Notes under the pieces: model-generated
Seen by the model: the letters and a program-made list of their open reading frames with translations, nothing else
The model's database searches: none
What the model was told of the DNA's origin: nothing
Part shown: piece by piece, positions 49,780 through 63,020 of the stretch
Layout of the letters: every line of letters begins with the position of its first letter
How positions within the stretch are numbered: the first letter of the stretch is position 1
Assembly (NCBI RefSeq): GCF_963921235.1
Contig: NC_086097.1
Coordinates: 94,180,001 to 94,244,000 of the forward strand
Source of the DNA: Mobula hypostoma
Taxonomy: Eukaryota
Direction: 5' to 3'
Length of the DNA stretch: 64,000 nt
Translations under genes and position numbers: made by a program

Positions 49780-52700
49780 CATAGAAACATAGAAAACCTA
49801 CAGCACAATACAGGCCCTTTGACCCACAAAGCTGTGCCAAACATGTCCTTACCTTAGAAATTACTAGGCTTACCCATAGCCCTCTAGTTTTCTAAGCTCC
49901 ATGTACCTATCTAAAAGTCTCTTGAAAGACCCTGTCGTATCTGCCTCCACCACCGTTGCCGGCAGACCATTCCACACATTCACCACTCCCTGTGTAAAAA
50001 ACTTATCCCTGACATCTCCTCTGTACCTGCTTCCAAGCACCTTAAAACTGTGCCCTCTCGTGCTAGCCATTTCAGCCCTGGGAAAAAGCCTCTGACTATC
50101 CACACAATCAATGCCTCTCATCATTTTATACACCTCTATCAGGTCACTTCTCATCCTATGTCACTCCAAGGGAAAAAGGCGAAGTTCAGTCAATCTATTC
50201 TCATAAGGCACACTTCCCAATCTAGGCAACATCCTTGTAAATCTCTTCTGCACCCTTTCTATGGTTTCCATATTCTTCCTGTAGTGAGGCAACCAGAACT
50301 GAGCACAGTACTCCAAGTGGGGTCTGACCAGGGTCCTATATAGCTGTAACATTACCTCTTGGTTCATAAACTCAATCCCGCAATTGATGAAGGCCGATAT
50401 ACTGTATGCCTCCTTAACCACAGAGTCAACCTGCGTAGCAGCTTTGAGTGTCCTATGCACTCAGACCCCAAGATCCCTCTGATCCTCCACACTGCCAAAA
50501 GTCTTACCATTAGTACTATATTTTGCAATCATATTTGACCCACCTCACACTTATCTGGGTTGAATTCCATCTGCCACTTCTCAGCCCAGTTTTGCATCCT
50601 ATCAATGTCCTGTTGTAACCTCTGACAGCCTTCCACACTATCCACAACACCCTAAACCTTTGTGTCATCAGCAAATTTACTAACCCATCCCTCCACTTCC
50701 TCATCCAGGTCATTTATAAAAATCACAAAGAGTAGGGGTCCCAGAACAGATCCCTGAGACTCACCACTGATCACCGACCTCCATGCAGAATATGACCCAT
50801 CTACAACCACTCTTTGCCTTCTTGGGCAAGCCAGTTCTGGATCCACAAAGCAACGTCCCCTTCGATCCCATGCCTCCTTAGTTTCTCAATGAGCCTCGCA
50901 TGGGGTACCTCATCAAATGCCTTGCTGAAATCCATATACACTACATCTACTGATCTTCCTTCATCAATGGGTTTAGTCACATCCTCAAAAAATTCAATCA
51001 AGCTCGTAAGGCACAACCTGCCTTTCACAAAGCCATGCTGACTATTCCTAATCATATTACGCCTCTCCAAATGTTCATAAATCCTGCCTCTCAGGATCTT
51101 CTCCATCAACTTACTAACCACCGAAGTAAGACTCACTGGTCTATAATTTCCTGGGCTATCTCTACCCACTTTCTTAAATAAGGGAACAACATCTGCAACC
51201 AGGGCTGGATTTAGTGGGGCTGGGGCACCTGGGCTGGAGGCTCTGATGGGCCCCTGCCGACAGTGTAAAATGCTGCTGTACCAAGCAAAAAAAGGCAAGA
51301 ACAAGAGCAAAGGCGTCGTACTGGTCTAAATATCAAAGTTGCGAACCAAGACACTGGTTTAGTACAATACGGAGGCTATAAGCTTACAGGCCTTAAGAGG
51401 GAGGACAGAAAGTAATGCAGATTCTTAGATTGAAGGACAGCATCTAAAGCACTCAGAAATTGACCTAGGCTTAGCTGGCTTAGTAAAGTTATGAGGGAGA
51501 CGAAGTATGATGTATCCAATCTTAAATATTTATTTAGCTATTGCTGCACATACCATAGGCCTTATTTCTCAAAAATGCCAAAGCATTTTTATCCAGGTAT
51601 TTTTCTCAATTGTGTGTTCTGAGAAAGTAAAATGGAAATGAGAGACAAAAAGGCCAAGAGAGATGGTACTATGGCAAACTAAGAGACTTGACAATACTCC
51701 AATAATCTTTTTGTAAAATGAGATCTAGCACATACTAACCTATTGCTGTGCTGTGTGGCTTGTAGAGTAAAGACCATTTATTACTTACTAGGTTTGTAAA
51801 CAGTCAACTATTAGCCTATTGCCACAAAAACAGGAAGAGCACTGACTCACAAGCCTAGCTATTTACAAAGTCAGGTGCTTGTTTTTCAAAATTAAAGCCT
51901 AGTTCCTCTGGATTTCTTTGCAGCAAAGTCCAGTTTCCAAACAAGGTCACTGTCAAGTGACATCAGAGTAAGATGATTCAGCCTGTCCTGTCCCATTGTG
52001 GATCTGAGCCTATTCTTCACCAGCTTGAGCTTGGAGAAAGATGGCTCACCACTTGCATTTGTGACAGGGAGAGTCAGGTAAAGCCTCAAAGCAAAGCAAA
52101 GCAAGTGAGCACAGTACTCCAAGTGGGGTCTGACCAGGGTCCTATATAGCTGAACATTATCTCGCTAGAATGCCCATGTAGTTGCCGTTATCAGGCCTGC
52201 CAAATATGTCACTGGAGCCTCGGATAGCCAGTCCCCTCTGGACCAAAAACTTCACAACCACCACCACTCTTCTCAATACATCAGTCCAGTAGACACACTC
52301 TGACTTGAACTATTTTTGCAGTTCTGTATCTATTCTTCCGCTGTCAGACGCTAGTGTAACGTAGGTCAGTGTCGTTTTCCTGTGGTGTTCGCTATTTTCA
52401 TGCTCTCCTATGCGCTCAGCAGTATGTTTCCAGTCAGTAAAGCCAGTTTCGAAGATAGACTGACAGTTACCACCACTGAAGATGCGGCATGCAAAACAAA
52501 ACACACAGCCGGTGGAAGGGGAATATAAGAGCCATTGCCTTGATATGTGCTCACCATTTACAAGCTTGCGTTTGAAGTGAAATTTGGAGAAAAGACATCT
52601 CTGCTGTTTGTATACTTGTTCCGTAGCTTTGATATCCACATCCTTATTCTGGCAGGACTCTGGCCCTTTCTGAGCCCAGTACACTCGGACTGGATCATCT

Positions 52701-53912
52701 AACATTTCCTTTCCCCAGTGAGCAGGATCAGTGCTGTAAGGATCCTCAGTAGCGCTAACATTAACATTAATGGCGACCCCACTTGGTTGTTCAGAGGCCT
52801 CTGTGGTTGGAAATCCCAAAGTCATGCTCTCTGCCTCTTCAATGTTAGCTGCTGACTGTGGCAAGGACGGTGGTAACAATGCTAACGATGCTGCTAGCGC
52901 TAGCTGTTGAACAAGTCTCTATTTGTCCACCGGTCTCAGACTGTGACAAGATCGACGGTACTGTTGCATCATCGAGAACAGGTTTAAAAATTCTGTCAAT
53001 TTCAATGTCTTTTTTAATGCTTCTTTCTCACAGTCCTCTTTTTCTTGTTTCTTTTTTCTTTCCTGTGCTCCACTCTCATATTTATTTTTGTCCGCCATGA
53101 TGATAGCTACCCACTTTGGGCCCCTCAGCCGCTCTGGCCCTGCCTAAAGTCCGGCCCTGTCCGCAACCCTCCAATCCTCAGGAACCTCTCCCGTCCCCAC
53201 TGATGATGTAAAGATCATCACCAGAGGCTCAGCAATCTCCTCCCTCACCTCCCAGAGTACCCTGGGGTACGTCTCATCCGGTCCTGGTGACTTATCTGAC
53301 TTGATGCATTCCAAAAGCTCCAGCACATCCTCTTTCTTAATATCTACATGCTCAAGTTTTTCAGTCCACTGTAGGTCATCCCTACAATTGCCAAAACCCT
53401 TTTCTGTAGTGAATACTGAAGCAAAGTATTCATTAAGTACCTCTGCTATCTCCTCCGGTTCCATACACACTTTTCCACTGTCACACTTGATTGGTCCTAT
53501 TCTCTCACATCTTATCCTCTTGCTCTTCACATACTTGTAGGAGGCCTTGGGGTTTTCCTTACTCCTTGCCAAGGCCTCTCATGGCCCCTTCTAGCTCTCC
53601 TGTTTTCATTCTTAAGCCCCTTCCTGCTAGCCTTATAATCTTCTAGATCTCCATCATTACCTGTTTTTTGAAACTTTCATAAGCTCTTCTTTTCTTCTTG
53701 ACTAGATTTACAACAGCCTTTGTACACCACGGTTCCTGTACCCTACCATCCTTTCCCTGTCTCATTGGAATGTACCTATGCAGAACTCCACACAAATATC
53801 CTCTGGACATTTGCCACATGTCTTCTGTACATTTCCCTGAGGACATCTGTTTCCAATTTATGCTTCAAGTTCCTATCTGATAGCCTCATATTTCCCCTTA
53901 CTCCAATTAAAT
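49780..53912 (-). mobile_element. CR1 LINE interrupted by a hAT transposon
   Basis: Tail (CATAGAAA)n at 49780; minus-strand ORFs LVRPHLEYC, KFADDTK, DFSKAFD, KSPGPD. Confidence 0.92.
51200..53159 (-). mobile_element. hAT DNA transposon (TTF zinc-finger type), internally deleted
   Basis: TIRs CAGGGCTGGATTTAG / CTAAAGTCCGGCCCTG; 8-bp TSD TCTGCAAC/TCCGCAAC; WLLYS..VFCFAC..GFTDWK..HENSEHH; dimerisation motif LPVTNASGEPSFSKLKLVKNRLRSTMGQDRL. Confidence 0.9.
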
Positions 53913-54636
53913 GTTGTTGTTCACTGAGACCTTTAACCTCTCGCTTCAGCAGTCTGAGGTACTCACCTGCTTTAAACAGGCTTCAATCATGCCAGTGCCC
54001 AAGAAGAGCATGACTACTGTCCAGTAGCACTTCCGTGCACTGTGATTCAGGAACAGCTCCTCCCCCTCTGCCACTGGATTTCTGAATGGACTCTGAGACC
54101 ATGAACACTACCTCACTGCTTTTTATTTTCATTTTAATATATTTCATGGTTGTTTCTATTATTTATGTATTGAATTGTTCTACTGCTGCAAAGTCAACAA
54201 ATTTCACAACGCACACTGGTGATATTAAACCACATTCTGTTTCTGATTCTGAGAGGTTGGTGGTGAAGCATAGCAACTCCTGCCTGAGAAGCGACTTGGA
54301 TCCACTCCAATTTGCCTACCGTTACAATAGATCAACAGCAAATGATCTCATTGACTCTGCACGCAGCCTTAGAACACCTGGACAGTGAAGATGCAGACAT
54401 CAGGAAGCTCATTATGACTACAACTCTACACTCAGCACTATCATCCCCTCAAATCTGATTAATAAGCTCCAAGACCATGGCCTCAACGCCTCCTTGTGCA
54501 ACTGGATCCTCAATTTCCTTGCTTGCAAACCCCAGTCTGTTCGGATTGGCAACACCATCTCCTCCTCAATCACTATTTGCACATGTACACCATAAGGCTG
54601 TGTGCTTACCCCTTTATACTACTCTACTCACTTGGT

Positions 54637-56051
54637 TGTCATGGTTTGGATCGGGGTCCCGTTAAATTTACCTTGTTTATGTTACGATCCGGACCGTTGA
54701 TTCCCTGTTTTCCCGAGTCCCTCAACTTTGGTGATTAGAGGCAATTAACACTCGGCTGAACCGGTAGTTTATAGTCTCCGGCTTTCAGCTGTTTGGCACG
54801 GGAGCGTCTGCAAAGTCACGGCGTGCCAATGTCATCTGGCCAAAGCAAGTCTAGTCTCTGCCAAAGTGTGTGCCGGTAATTCACCCTTCCTCACCGGAGC
54901 AACCCTGTCCAGTTACCTCGCCAAAGCGAGCCTACAAAGTTTCCTCACCGAGGTGGGTCTGTCAGTTAACCCACTGGAGGGAATCAAGAACAGCTGTCTA
55001 CTGTTCCCGGGCTGAATCGAGAGCACGCCACTACCCGGAGGCTCCAAGTCAAGTCCTGGCTCTGGGAGCATTCAGGTACCAAGTCAAGTTCTGGCCCTGG
55101 CAGCATTCAAGCACCAAGTCAAGTCCTGACCCTGGCGGCATTCAAGTTCCAAGTCAAGTTCTGGCCCTGGCGGCATTCTAACACCAAGTCAAGTCCTGGC
55201 CATGGTGCATTCAAGCACCAAGTCAAGTCCTGACCCTGGCGGCTTCCCAGTTCTGAGTCAAGTCCTGGCCCTGGTGGTCTGTGATTCCTGTCCTACCCTC
55301 TGTCTGAATCCCTTCTCTGGCCCTCTCGCCTCTAGCCCTCGTCTGCAGCCCCTGCCTGCACTTCGGTCTAGTTTCATCTCTGGAGCTAGATAGGTACTGT
55401 CTGGTGTTCATTCGTGTTGGTCTTGTCTTGTCTTGTCCTCGCCTCCGTGGGGTAAGTCAGGCCGTCTTGCCATTGCCCCACCGGGGGTCATGTCTTATCG
55501 TGCCTTGTCCTCGCCTCCGTGGGGTAAGTCAGGCCGTCTTGCCATTGCCCCGTGGAGGGTCATGAGTCCCGGCCCAAGGAGGGATCCCGGCTCTCTGTTC
55601 TGTGTGCGACTCCTGGCCCTATGTCCTGTACCCAAGGAGGGGTCCCGACTCTGTGTTCTGTGTATGTGTCCATGGTTCTGTGTACCTGCTCTCCCGAGAT
55701 CAAGGCTCTGTTTTCCATGTTCCTCTTCTCCCTAGCCCATGTCATGTCCATGCCTGGTTCTGGGGTCCGAGCCCGAGGCAAGACCCAGGTACCGGGTCCT
55801 TGCCCAGTCTCTGGCTCGGAGTCCATACCCTAGCCACTTCATGTCTCCTCTAGTTCTGGGATCCAATTCCGAGTCCAAGCCCAGACCCTTGGTCCCAGCC
55901 TAGTCGTAGTCCTCAGTCCTTGTCCAGTTCGCTATTCCTGCTCCTGCCTTGCTCTCCTGGTATCGAACAATAAACTAAATCTAAATAACCTCACAAGGGG
56001 TGTCTTGCATTTGGGTCCACCCTTGCTCCCAATGGCCCCGCCATTGTGACA
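54637..56051 (+). mobile_element. Long solo-LTR-like insertion with internal tandem repeats
   Basis: TGTCATGG...TTGTGACA termini; AATAAA about 80 bp before the end; host LINE resumes on both sides; about 32-bp repeats CAAGTCAAGTCCTGGCCCTGG at 55045-55275. Confidence 0.6.
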
Positions 56052-58009
56052 TTTATACCTATGACTGTGAGGCTAAGTACGGTGCTGATGATATATTTAA
56101 TTCTGCTGATGACATTACTGACATTGGCCAAATCAAAGGTGGAGACAAATCGGCATATAGGAGGCAGACTGAAAATCTGGCTGAGCAGTGCCATAACAAT
56201 GTCAGCAAAACCAAAGAGCTGATTATTGACTACTGGAGGTCCATGAGTGGATCAGAGGTAGAGAGGGTCAGCAACTTTTAATTTGTCAGTGTTCCCATTG
56301 AGAATCTGTCCTGGGACCAGCATGTAAGTGCCTTTACAAAGAAGGTGCGGCAGTGCCTCTACTTTCTTACAAGTTTCCAAAGTTCGGCATGTCATCTAAA
56401 ACTCTGATAAACTTCTATGGATGCACGATGGAAAGTACACTGACTGGTTGCAACATGGCTTGGTCTGGAAACACCAATGCCCTTGAATGGGAAAGCCTAC
56501 AAAAGTAGTGGATACAGCCCAGTACATCACGGGTAAAGCCCTCCCACCACTCAGCACGTCTACATGGAGCACTGTCTCAGGAAAGGTGCTTCTCCCCATC
56601 ATCCAGGCCATGCTTCCTTCTCGCTGCTCCATTTCACATACATCTCTGGGCATATCTAAGAGTCTGTTAGGTGTCCCTATTGAATAAGCCTCTACCTCCA
56701 ACCCCAACACCCACCAACTCTGTGTATAAACAATCTGCACAGACATCGCCCCAAAACTTTCCTTCACTCACATTAAAATGATGTCATCTGGTGTTGGCCA
56801 TTGCTGCTCTGGGAAAAAGTAGCTATCCACTGTATCCATGCCTCTTTTAGTCTTATATACCTTTATCAAGTTGCCTTTCATCCTCCTTCATTCTGAAGAG
56901 AAAAATCCTACCACGATCAACTTTTCCTCACAAGATATGTTCTCTAAACTAGGCAGCACACTGGTAAAATTATGTGTCAGTAATATTGTTGTCAGAAATA
57001 TACAAGGTGTCATCAAATCCTTTACATCCAGCTGATGTAAATAGGGACAGTGTACTTTCTTATCCTGAAGGCAGCATTTTCTGCAGCTCCACTCGAGCCT
57101 AGATTGTGTGCTCCAATTCCATGGCCTCAAAAGCACATCCCTATGGGAGTTATCTACCGAGCCTCAGCTGACATCCCTGCATTATTATTCTCCCTCCTGT
57201 GTTTCGGTGTACTTCTGAAAATCTCTTATCCTGCTGCTGCTATAATATAGATGATTAAAGTGAATCACTGAACACTAAGACAGTTACACTATCTTACATA
57301 AAGTGATTAATTTATCATCACCCTTCCAGCCTGCAGAAATGAAATGGAATTGTACAAATCTATCATTACTCTTCCCTAAGATGCAAATGCAGAGAACACC
57401 AATATCACAGCTTCACTGAGCATTACACAATTTTATCATTTAAAAAATGGTGAAAATACTTCGGCAGAAACAGAAGCCACCAATGTATGCCAGACGTATA
57501 TTGAGGGGCTGTAGATCAAAGCCCAATTCAAAAGTTCACTTTAATATCAGAGAGTGTATACAGTGTAAAACCTGAAATTTTTACTCTTCAGAGACATCCA
57601 CGAAACACGAAACTCCATAGAATGAATGATAGGAACATCAGAACCCCAAAGTCCCCCTTCCCCCTTCACACAAGTTGCAACAGAAGCATTGGCCCTACCT
57701 CTCACACACCCAAAGCTCGTGTCAGCAGAAATACTAAAGTACTAACTGCCCCCCTCACCCCCACCATGTACACAGCAGCAGTAGCCCCCCCCCCCAAAGG
57801 TACTTGATCTAGAGTCCATCAAGACATCATTCCAGCTGGAACTACACCTGGGAGGGTGCAACACCCACCACCTGGAAATGTGAGCCCCCACTGCCTGGGA
57901 GGGTGCAGCCTCACCACCTGGAACTGTGCAGCCAGCCCCTACCACCCAGAGGAATGCAGCCCCAACACCTGCAAGGTGAGCAATAGTCAAGCTCATGTTT
58001 ATTGTCATT

Positions 58010-59330
58010 ATTTTATATATAGGAGCAGAATTAGGCCATTTGGCCCATCAAGAAATGCTGATCCATTTTCCCTCTCAACCCCAATCTCCTGCCTTCTCCC
58101 CATAACCCTTCATACCCTAATTAATCATGAATCTGCCCTAAATATACCCAGTGACTGTGCCTCAACAGCCAGCTGTGGAAATGAGTTCCACAAATTCACC
58201 ACCCTCTGGCTAAAGAAATTCCTCATCATTTTCCATAGAACCATAGAAACTACAGCACAGAAACAGGCCCTTTGGCCCTTCTTGGCTGTGCCGAACCATT
58301 TTCTGCCTAGTCCCACTGACCTGCACACGGACCATATCCCTCCATACACCTCCCATTCTAAATGGACGTCCCTCTATTCTGAGGTTGTGCCCTCTGATCC
58401 TAGACTCTCCCACCATGGGAAACATCCTCTCCACATCCACTCTACTGTGGCCTCTCAACATTCGATAGGTTTCAATGAGATTCCCCACCCTCACCACCAG
58501 TCTTCTAAATTCCAGTGAGTACAGGCAGAGCCATCAAACACTCTTCATGTGACAAATCTTCCATTCCCAGAATCATTCTCATGAACCTCCTCTGAGCCTT
58601 CTCCAATGTCAGTACATCCATTCTAAGATAAGGGCCGTAAACTATTCACAATACTCCAAGTGAGGCTTCACCAGTGCTTTATAAAGCCTCAGTGTTACAT
58701 CCTTGCAACACACACAAAATGCTGGAGGAACTCAGCAGGCCAGGCAGGATCTACGGAAAAAGTACTGTCGATGTCTCGGGCCGAGACTGTGTTGCCTGGA
58801 TTTCCAGCATCTGCAGATTTTCTCTTGTTTGAGATAGCATTACATCCTTGCTTTTATAGTTTAGTCCTCTCAAAATGAATGCTAACTTCACATTTGTCTT
58901 CCTCACCACTGGCTCAACCTTTAGGAAGTCCCGCACAAGGACTCCCAAGTCCCCCTGCACCTCAGATTTTTGAAATTTCTCTTCATTTATTCAGTTGTTC
59001 AGCTATTTGCTTGTCGAGTTTTTTTTTCTTTCTCTTGCAGTTCAAATGGCAGTCTTTTAATTTTATTTTTATTCCTTTTTTTCTTTAATTGGGTTCTTTC
59101 AAGTTTCTTGCTTTGTGGCTACCTGTGAGAAAGGAAATCTCAAGGTTGTATAAGTTATACATTCTTTGATAATAAATGTACTAAATCTTGAATTTATCAA
59201 ATAATCTATGCTTTTATTCTTTCTACCATAGTGCATGACCATACACTTACTGACATTGTATTCCATCTGCCATTTCTTTACCCATTCCCCTAATCTGTCT
59301 TAAGTCCTCTGCAGCCCCCTGCTTTCTCGA
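58010..59330 (-). mobile_element. CR1 LINE fragment with nested small insertions
   Basis: RNFFSQRVVNLWNS, QGDLGVLV on the minus strand. Confidence 0.75.
58707..58835. mobile_element. Rearranged Penelope terminal-repeat insertion
   Basis: TSD AGTGTTACATCCTTGC / AGCATTACATCCTTGC (58691-58706, 58836-58851). Confidence 0.7.
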
Positions 59331-59959
59331 CATCTGACTGTACATGTATACAACCAAACGAAACAACATTCCTCCAGACCATGGTGCAACTATATATCAC
59401 GAGTAACACATAAACAAAAATATGATACTATAAGTGAGTTAAAAACGTGTAATTCAAAATGCATGTGGTAAAGCACTGCACTACAGTAAACAGCTCACTG
59501 TCCTGGTGATGAGACCACTGTGGTGGCAGGGTATTCATGAGTCTCACAGCCTGAGGGAAGAAGCTGTTACCCAGTCTGGCAGTCCTGGACCTCCTTCCTG
59601 ATGGTAGTGGGTCAAAGGGATTGTGGGCATAACTACAGTGCCTTTTAAGTTCTCTTCACAGCACTGAGATTTGGATGTAATCTGGAATGTCTTGCTCAGT
59701 CTTGAATCCTGGAGTAAATTCTGTAAGTGTGGGGGTACTTCACCACAAGGACTGCAGGAGTCTGACACCAACTACTCAAGATCACTGTGGGGATGGATAA
59801 TAACCACCACATCCCATGGATATCAGATAAATAGCTCCCACCCCCCCCCCAGTTTAGTTTCATTACACACTCTGAACTTCATACCCAACTTCCAGATCCG
59901 TGTACGCACCTGGAATCTTTGTCGAGTTTACTTGTGCACAGAGTGGGATGAGATTAGAT

Positions 59960-60190
59960 GGGCAAATCTCCCACTGCTGCCCATAAGGAGTTTATGCATT
60001 CTCCCTGAGACTGCGTGGATTTCGTCCGGATGCTCTGGTTTCCCCCCACATTCCAAGGACGTACTCATTGATAAATTAATCGGTTATTGTAAATTTTCTC
60101 ATGTTTGGGCAAGGATTAATTGGGGGGGTGATTGCTAGACGGCATGGCTGTAAGGGTTTATTCCATGCTGTAGATAGAGAGATAGTTAGA
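59960..60190 (+). mobile_element. V-SINE-like fragment
   Basis: GGAGTTTATGCATTCTCCCTGAGACTGCGTGGATTTCGTCCGGATGCTCTGGTTTCC core. Confidence 0.55.
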
Positions 60191-61994
60191 TAGAGTCATC
60201 ATGGATATGGTGGGTTCGACCACACATTGACTCTTCAAGTGGTGGTGAATCTCAGTGAAGAATTTAGATTATTGGCTGCACAAATCTAGTTTTTTTTTTA
60301 AGTAACTTGTGACCCTCTCAAAGGCCCTGGCTCTGTCACCCATACCTTGTGCATTATAATCTTCTCCGTATTCCCTTCCCACACATCAGTGCTCAACATT
60401 TGGCATTAGAATCTTTCCTCCTCCCATTTCCCCCTTCTCCCCCACCGTTAAACAACTATGAGTCACCAGACATACATATTCCAAATGCTACCTTTGATCC
60501 CTGAAATTGGTCTAAACTTCATGACATTTCTGACCCTAGCAGAACAATTGCTGATGATTAACCATTGTTGAGCCAGTTTATCAGCATTCTCAGCACAAAG
60601 CTGGTTCAGTCCTGCTGCTATTCTAGCTCAACTGTTTCTCATTTTATAAATAACACAACCATCACTAACTTCTGTCTGCGAAACACACAGCTACCAGTCA
60701 CCATGGCTGGAATTCCAGCAATCCCAGCTCTCGGCATGGTGTGCTTTCAATTACTGTACCAATGACTGCTCATTAAATGGACTGAATGCCTTGTTAACTC
60801 TTGAAATATAATTATAGAAAATGCCAGCAATTGTTTCAAAATCTTGCTCTGCCAATGTTACCCATAGGAAACGCCTTGTAGAGGCGGTCATTGTGAGCTC
60901 ACTGTTAGAATTAGTTCAAAGTTCAAAGTGACCGGAGTGGATGAGATGAGAAAAGCTGGAGGCATCCCAGCTGAACAGCAGGCTGGAATGTACATGGGCC
61001 CAGGCAAGGGTAATAGTGAAAAGGAGCTTCAGGGTTTGGAGTGTGGAGTGGAGTGGGGGGGGGGGGGTTGTCATTGTGAAGGTATTCCTCAGTTTATGAA
61101 TGTTCAGTCCTACACATGGGGCATGTGTTTTCAGTTTAGGAATGCACTTTTTAACTCCAGTAAAGGATATCCTACCCTTCCCCCACCATCCATACAAATA
61201 CTCTGTGCCAAAATACGCACAATGCACTTCAATAAAGTCTTCCCAACTTGGGAACTTTTGGAAAATGAAATGTTTTCCAAGAACACATCCTTTTCCTAAG
61301 TGAGGAATGACTATAAAGCTTTAGGACTTTGAGACACCCCAAAGCATCTTACAATCAGTGATGTAGCTTTGAAGTCTTGGCACAATCCTCACGATGAAAA
61401 ATAACGGCAGTTTGCCTGTTCTCATCACATCTGAAGACTCTACAAAACTACTTATGAAGCATTTTACCCAGACTTTTTGCTCTATGAAATTATGTGTAAT
61501 GAAACCTCCAGGAATGCATCACTTTTGTAAATTGAGGAATGATGGTAAGTAAGTAGCAGTAATTTGGACTTTAAGTATAGGGTCCATGATTATGAAGTTT
61601 GCAGATTATACCAAAAATGACCCCGAAAAAATAATGAGGGAGTTACTTCTGGGCTGCAGGAATGTATCCAAGGACTGGTTTCGAGGGGGAAATTGGAATC
61701 CTGCATTTGGAGAAGGAAATGAAGACAAGGGAATGCTCAATAAGTGAAGTGGAGAGAGGGTGCTCAGTATTAACAAACTCGGTGGAACTCAGCTGGACTG
61801 CATGCCTGAGGGTAGGAGGATGGGCCACTGTGTTGATCTAGAAGGCACTGGCATTGGCATGAGATACAAGAGAAGAGTAGAAAGCACTAGTTAGGTTACA
61901 TTAGAGGACTGTGCATGATTCTGATCAAAGTCAAGTAATCCTGTGATTTATAGCATAACAGCCACTTTACTCATGAGAATATTACTTACTTTTC

Positions 61995-63020
61995 CCTTAC
62001 CTGCATCTCCTCCACTTCCCAGACATCCACCCTCATCCCATCTTTCCGCCACCTTAACAGGGATAGAGTTCCTCTTGTTCTTACCTACCACCCCATGAGC
62101 CTCTACATCCAACACTTCATTCTATCATTCTCTGCGACGTGCCATCTTCAATGGGATCCTACCATCAAACTTTTTTTTACCCTATCCCCCCCCCCCTCTA
62201 CTTTCCACAGGGATTGGTCTCTCCATGATTCCCTGTGCATTTGTCCCACCCTACTGAATTCCCTCCTGGCTCTTATCCCTGGAAGTGGAGGAAGTGCTAC
62301 ACCTGCCCGTTCACCTCCTCCCTCACCTCCATTCGGGGTCCCAAACAGTCCTTCCAGGTGGGGTCTATCTGTAGCCAGCGCTCCCGGTTTGGCCTCCTCT
62401 ACATCGGTGAGACCCACATAGATGCGGGGGGGAGGCCGCTTTGTTAAGCACCTTCACAGTCCACAACAAGCAGGGTTTCCCGTTAGCCGACTGCTTTAAT
62501 TCCAATTCCCATTCTGACATGTGGATCCATAGCTGCCTCTACTGCCATGATGAGCCACTCTCAGGCTGGACGAGGAACACCTCATATTCCACTTGGGTAA
62601 TCTTGAACCTGAAGGCATGGTCATCGATTTGTCTAACTTCCAGAAATTTTTCTCCACTTCTCTTTTTTCTATTTTTCATTCTGGCTCCCCTCTCACCCCC
62701 TCTCTCTCCTCACCTGCCTATCCCCTCCCTCTGGTGCTCCTCCTTCTTCACCTGCTCCCTTTGTCAACTCTCCTCTCCTATAAGATTCCCTCTTCTTCAG
62801 ATCTTCACATTTCCCCACCTATCACCTCCCAATTTCTCACTTCATCCCCCTTCCCCTACCCACCTACCTTCCCCCTCACCTGGTTTTACCTATCACCCTC
62901 TAACTTGTATCCTTCCCCTCCCTCCCTCCTTCTTATTCTCGTTTCTTCTTCCTTCCTTTTCTGTCCTGATGATGGTTCTCGGCCCAAAAGGTTGACTGTA
63001 GATTCCTTTTCATAGATGCT
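61995..63020 (+). mobile_element. Penelope-like element 3' part: GIY-YIG endonuclease remnant, pyrimidine-rich UTR and terminal repeat
   Basis: DRVPLVLTYHP, KCYTCP, LLYIGET, FNSNSHS, EEHLIFHLGNLEPEGMVIDLSNF, then the hammerhead motif at 62961-62998. Confidence 0.82.

Larger units (their letters stand above)
45430..56630 (+). mobile_element. Rex1/Babar-like LINE split into at least five collinear pieces by nested insertions
   Basis: Pieces about 45430-45861, 49660-49779, 53918-54045, 54251-54636 and 56052-56630 (PNQNPW, VNNRKASGP, LDPLQFAYR, SADD, NVSKTKELIID). Confidence 0.7.

Noticed and set aside
52310..52879. Host ZMYM1/ZNF862-like gene
   Set aside because: Lies between TIRs with an 8-bp TSD inside a CR1 and lacks the catalytic core; it is a hAT transposase remnant
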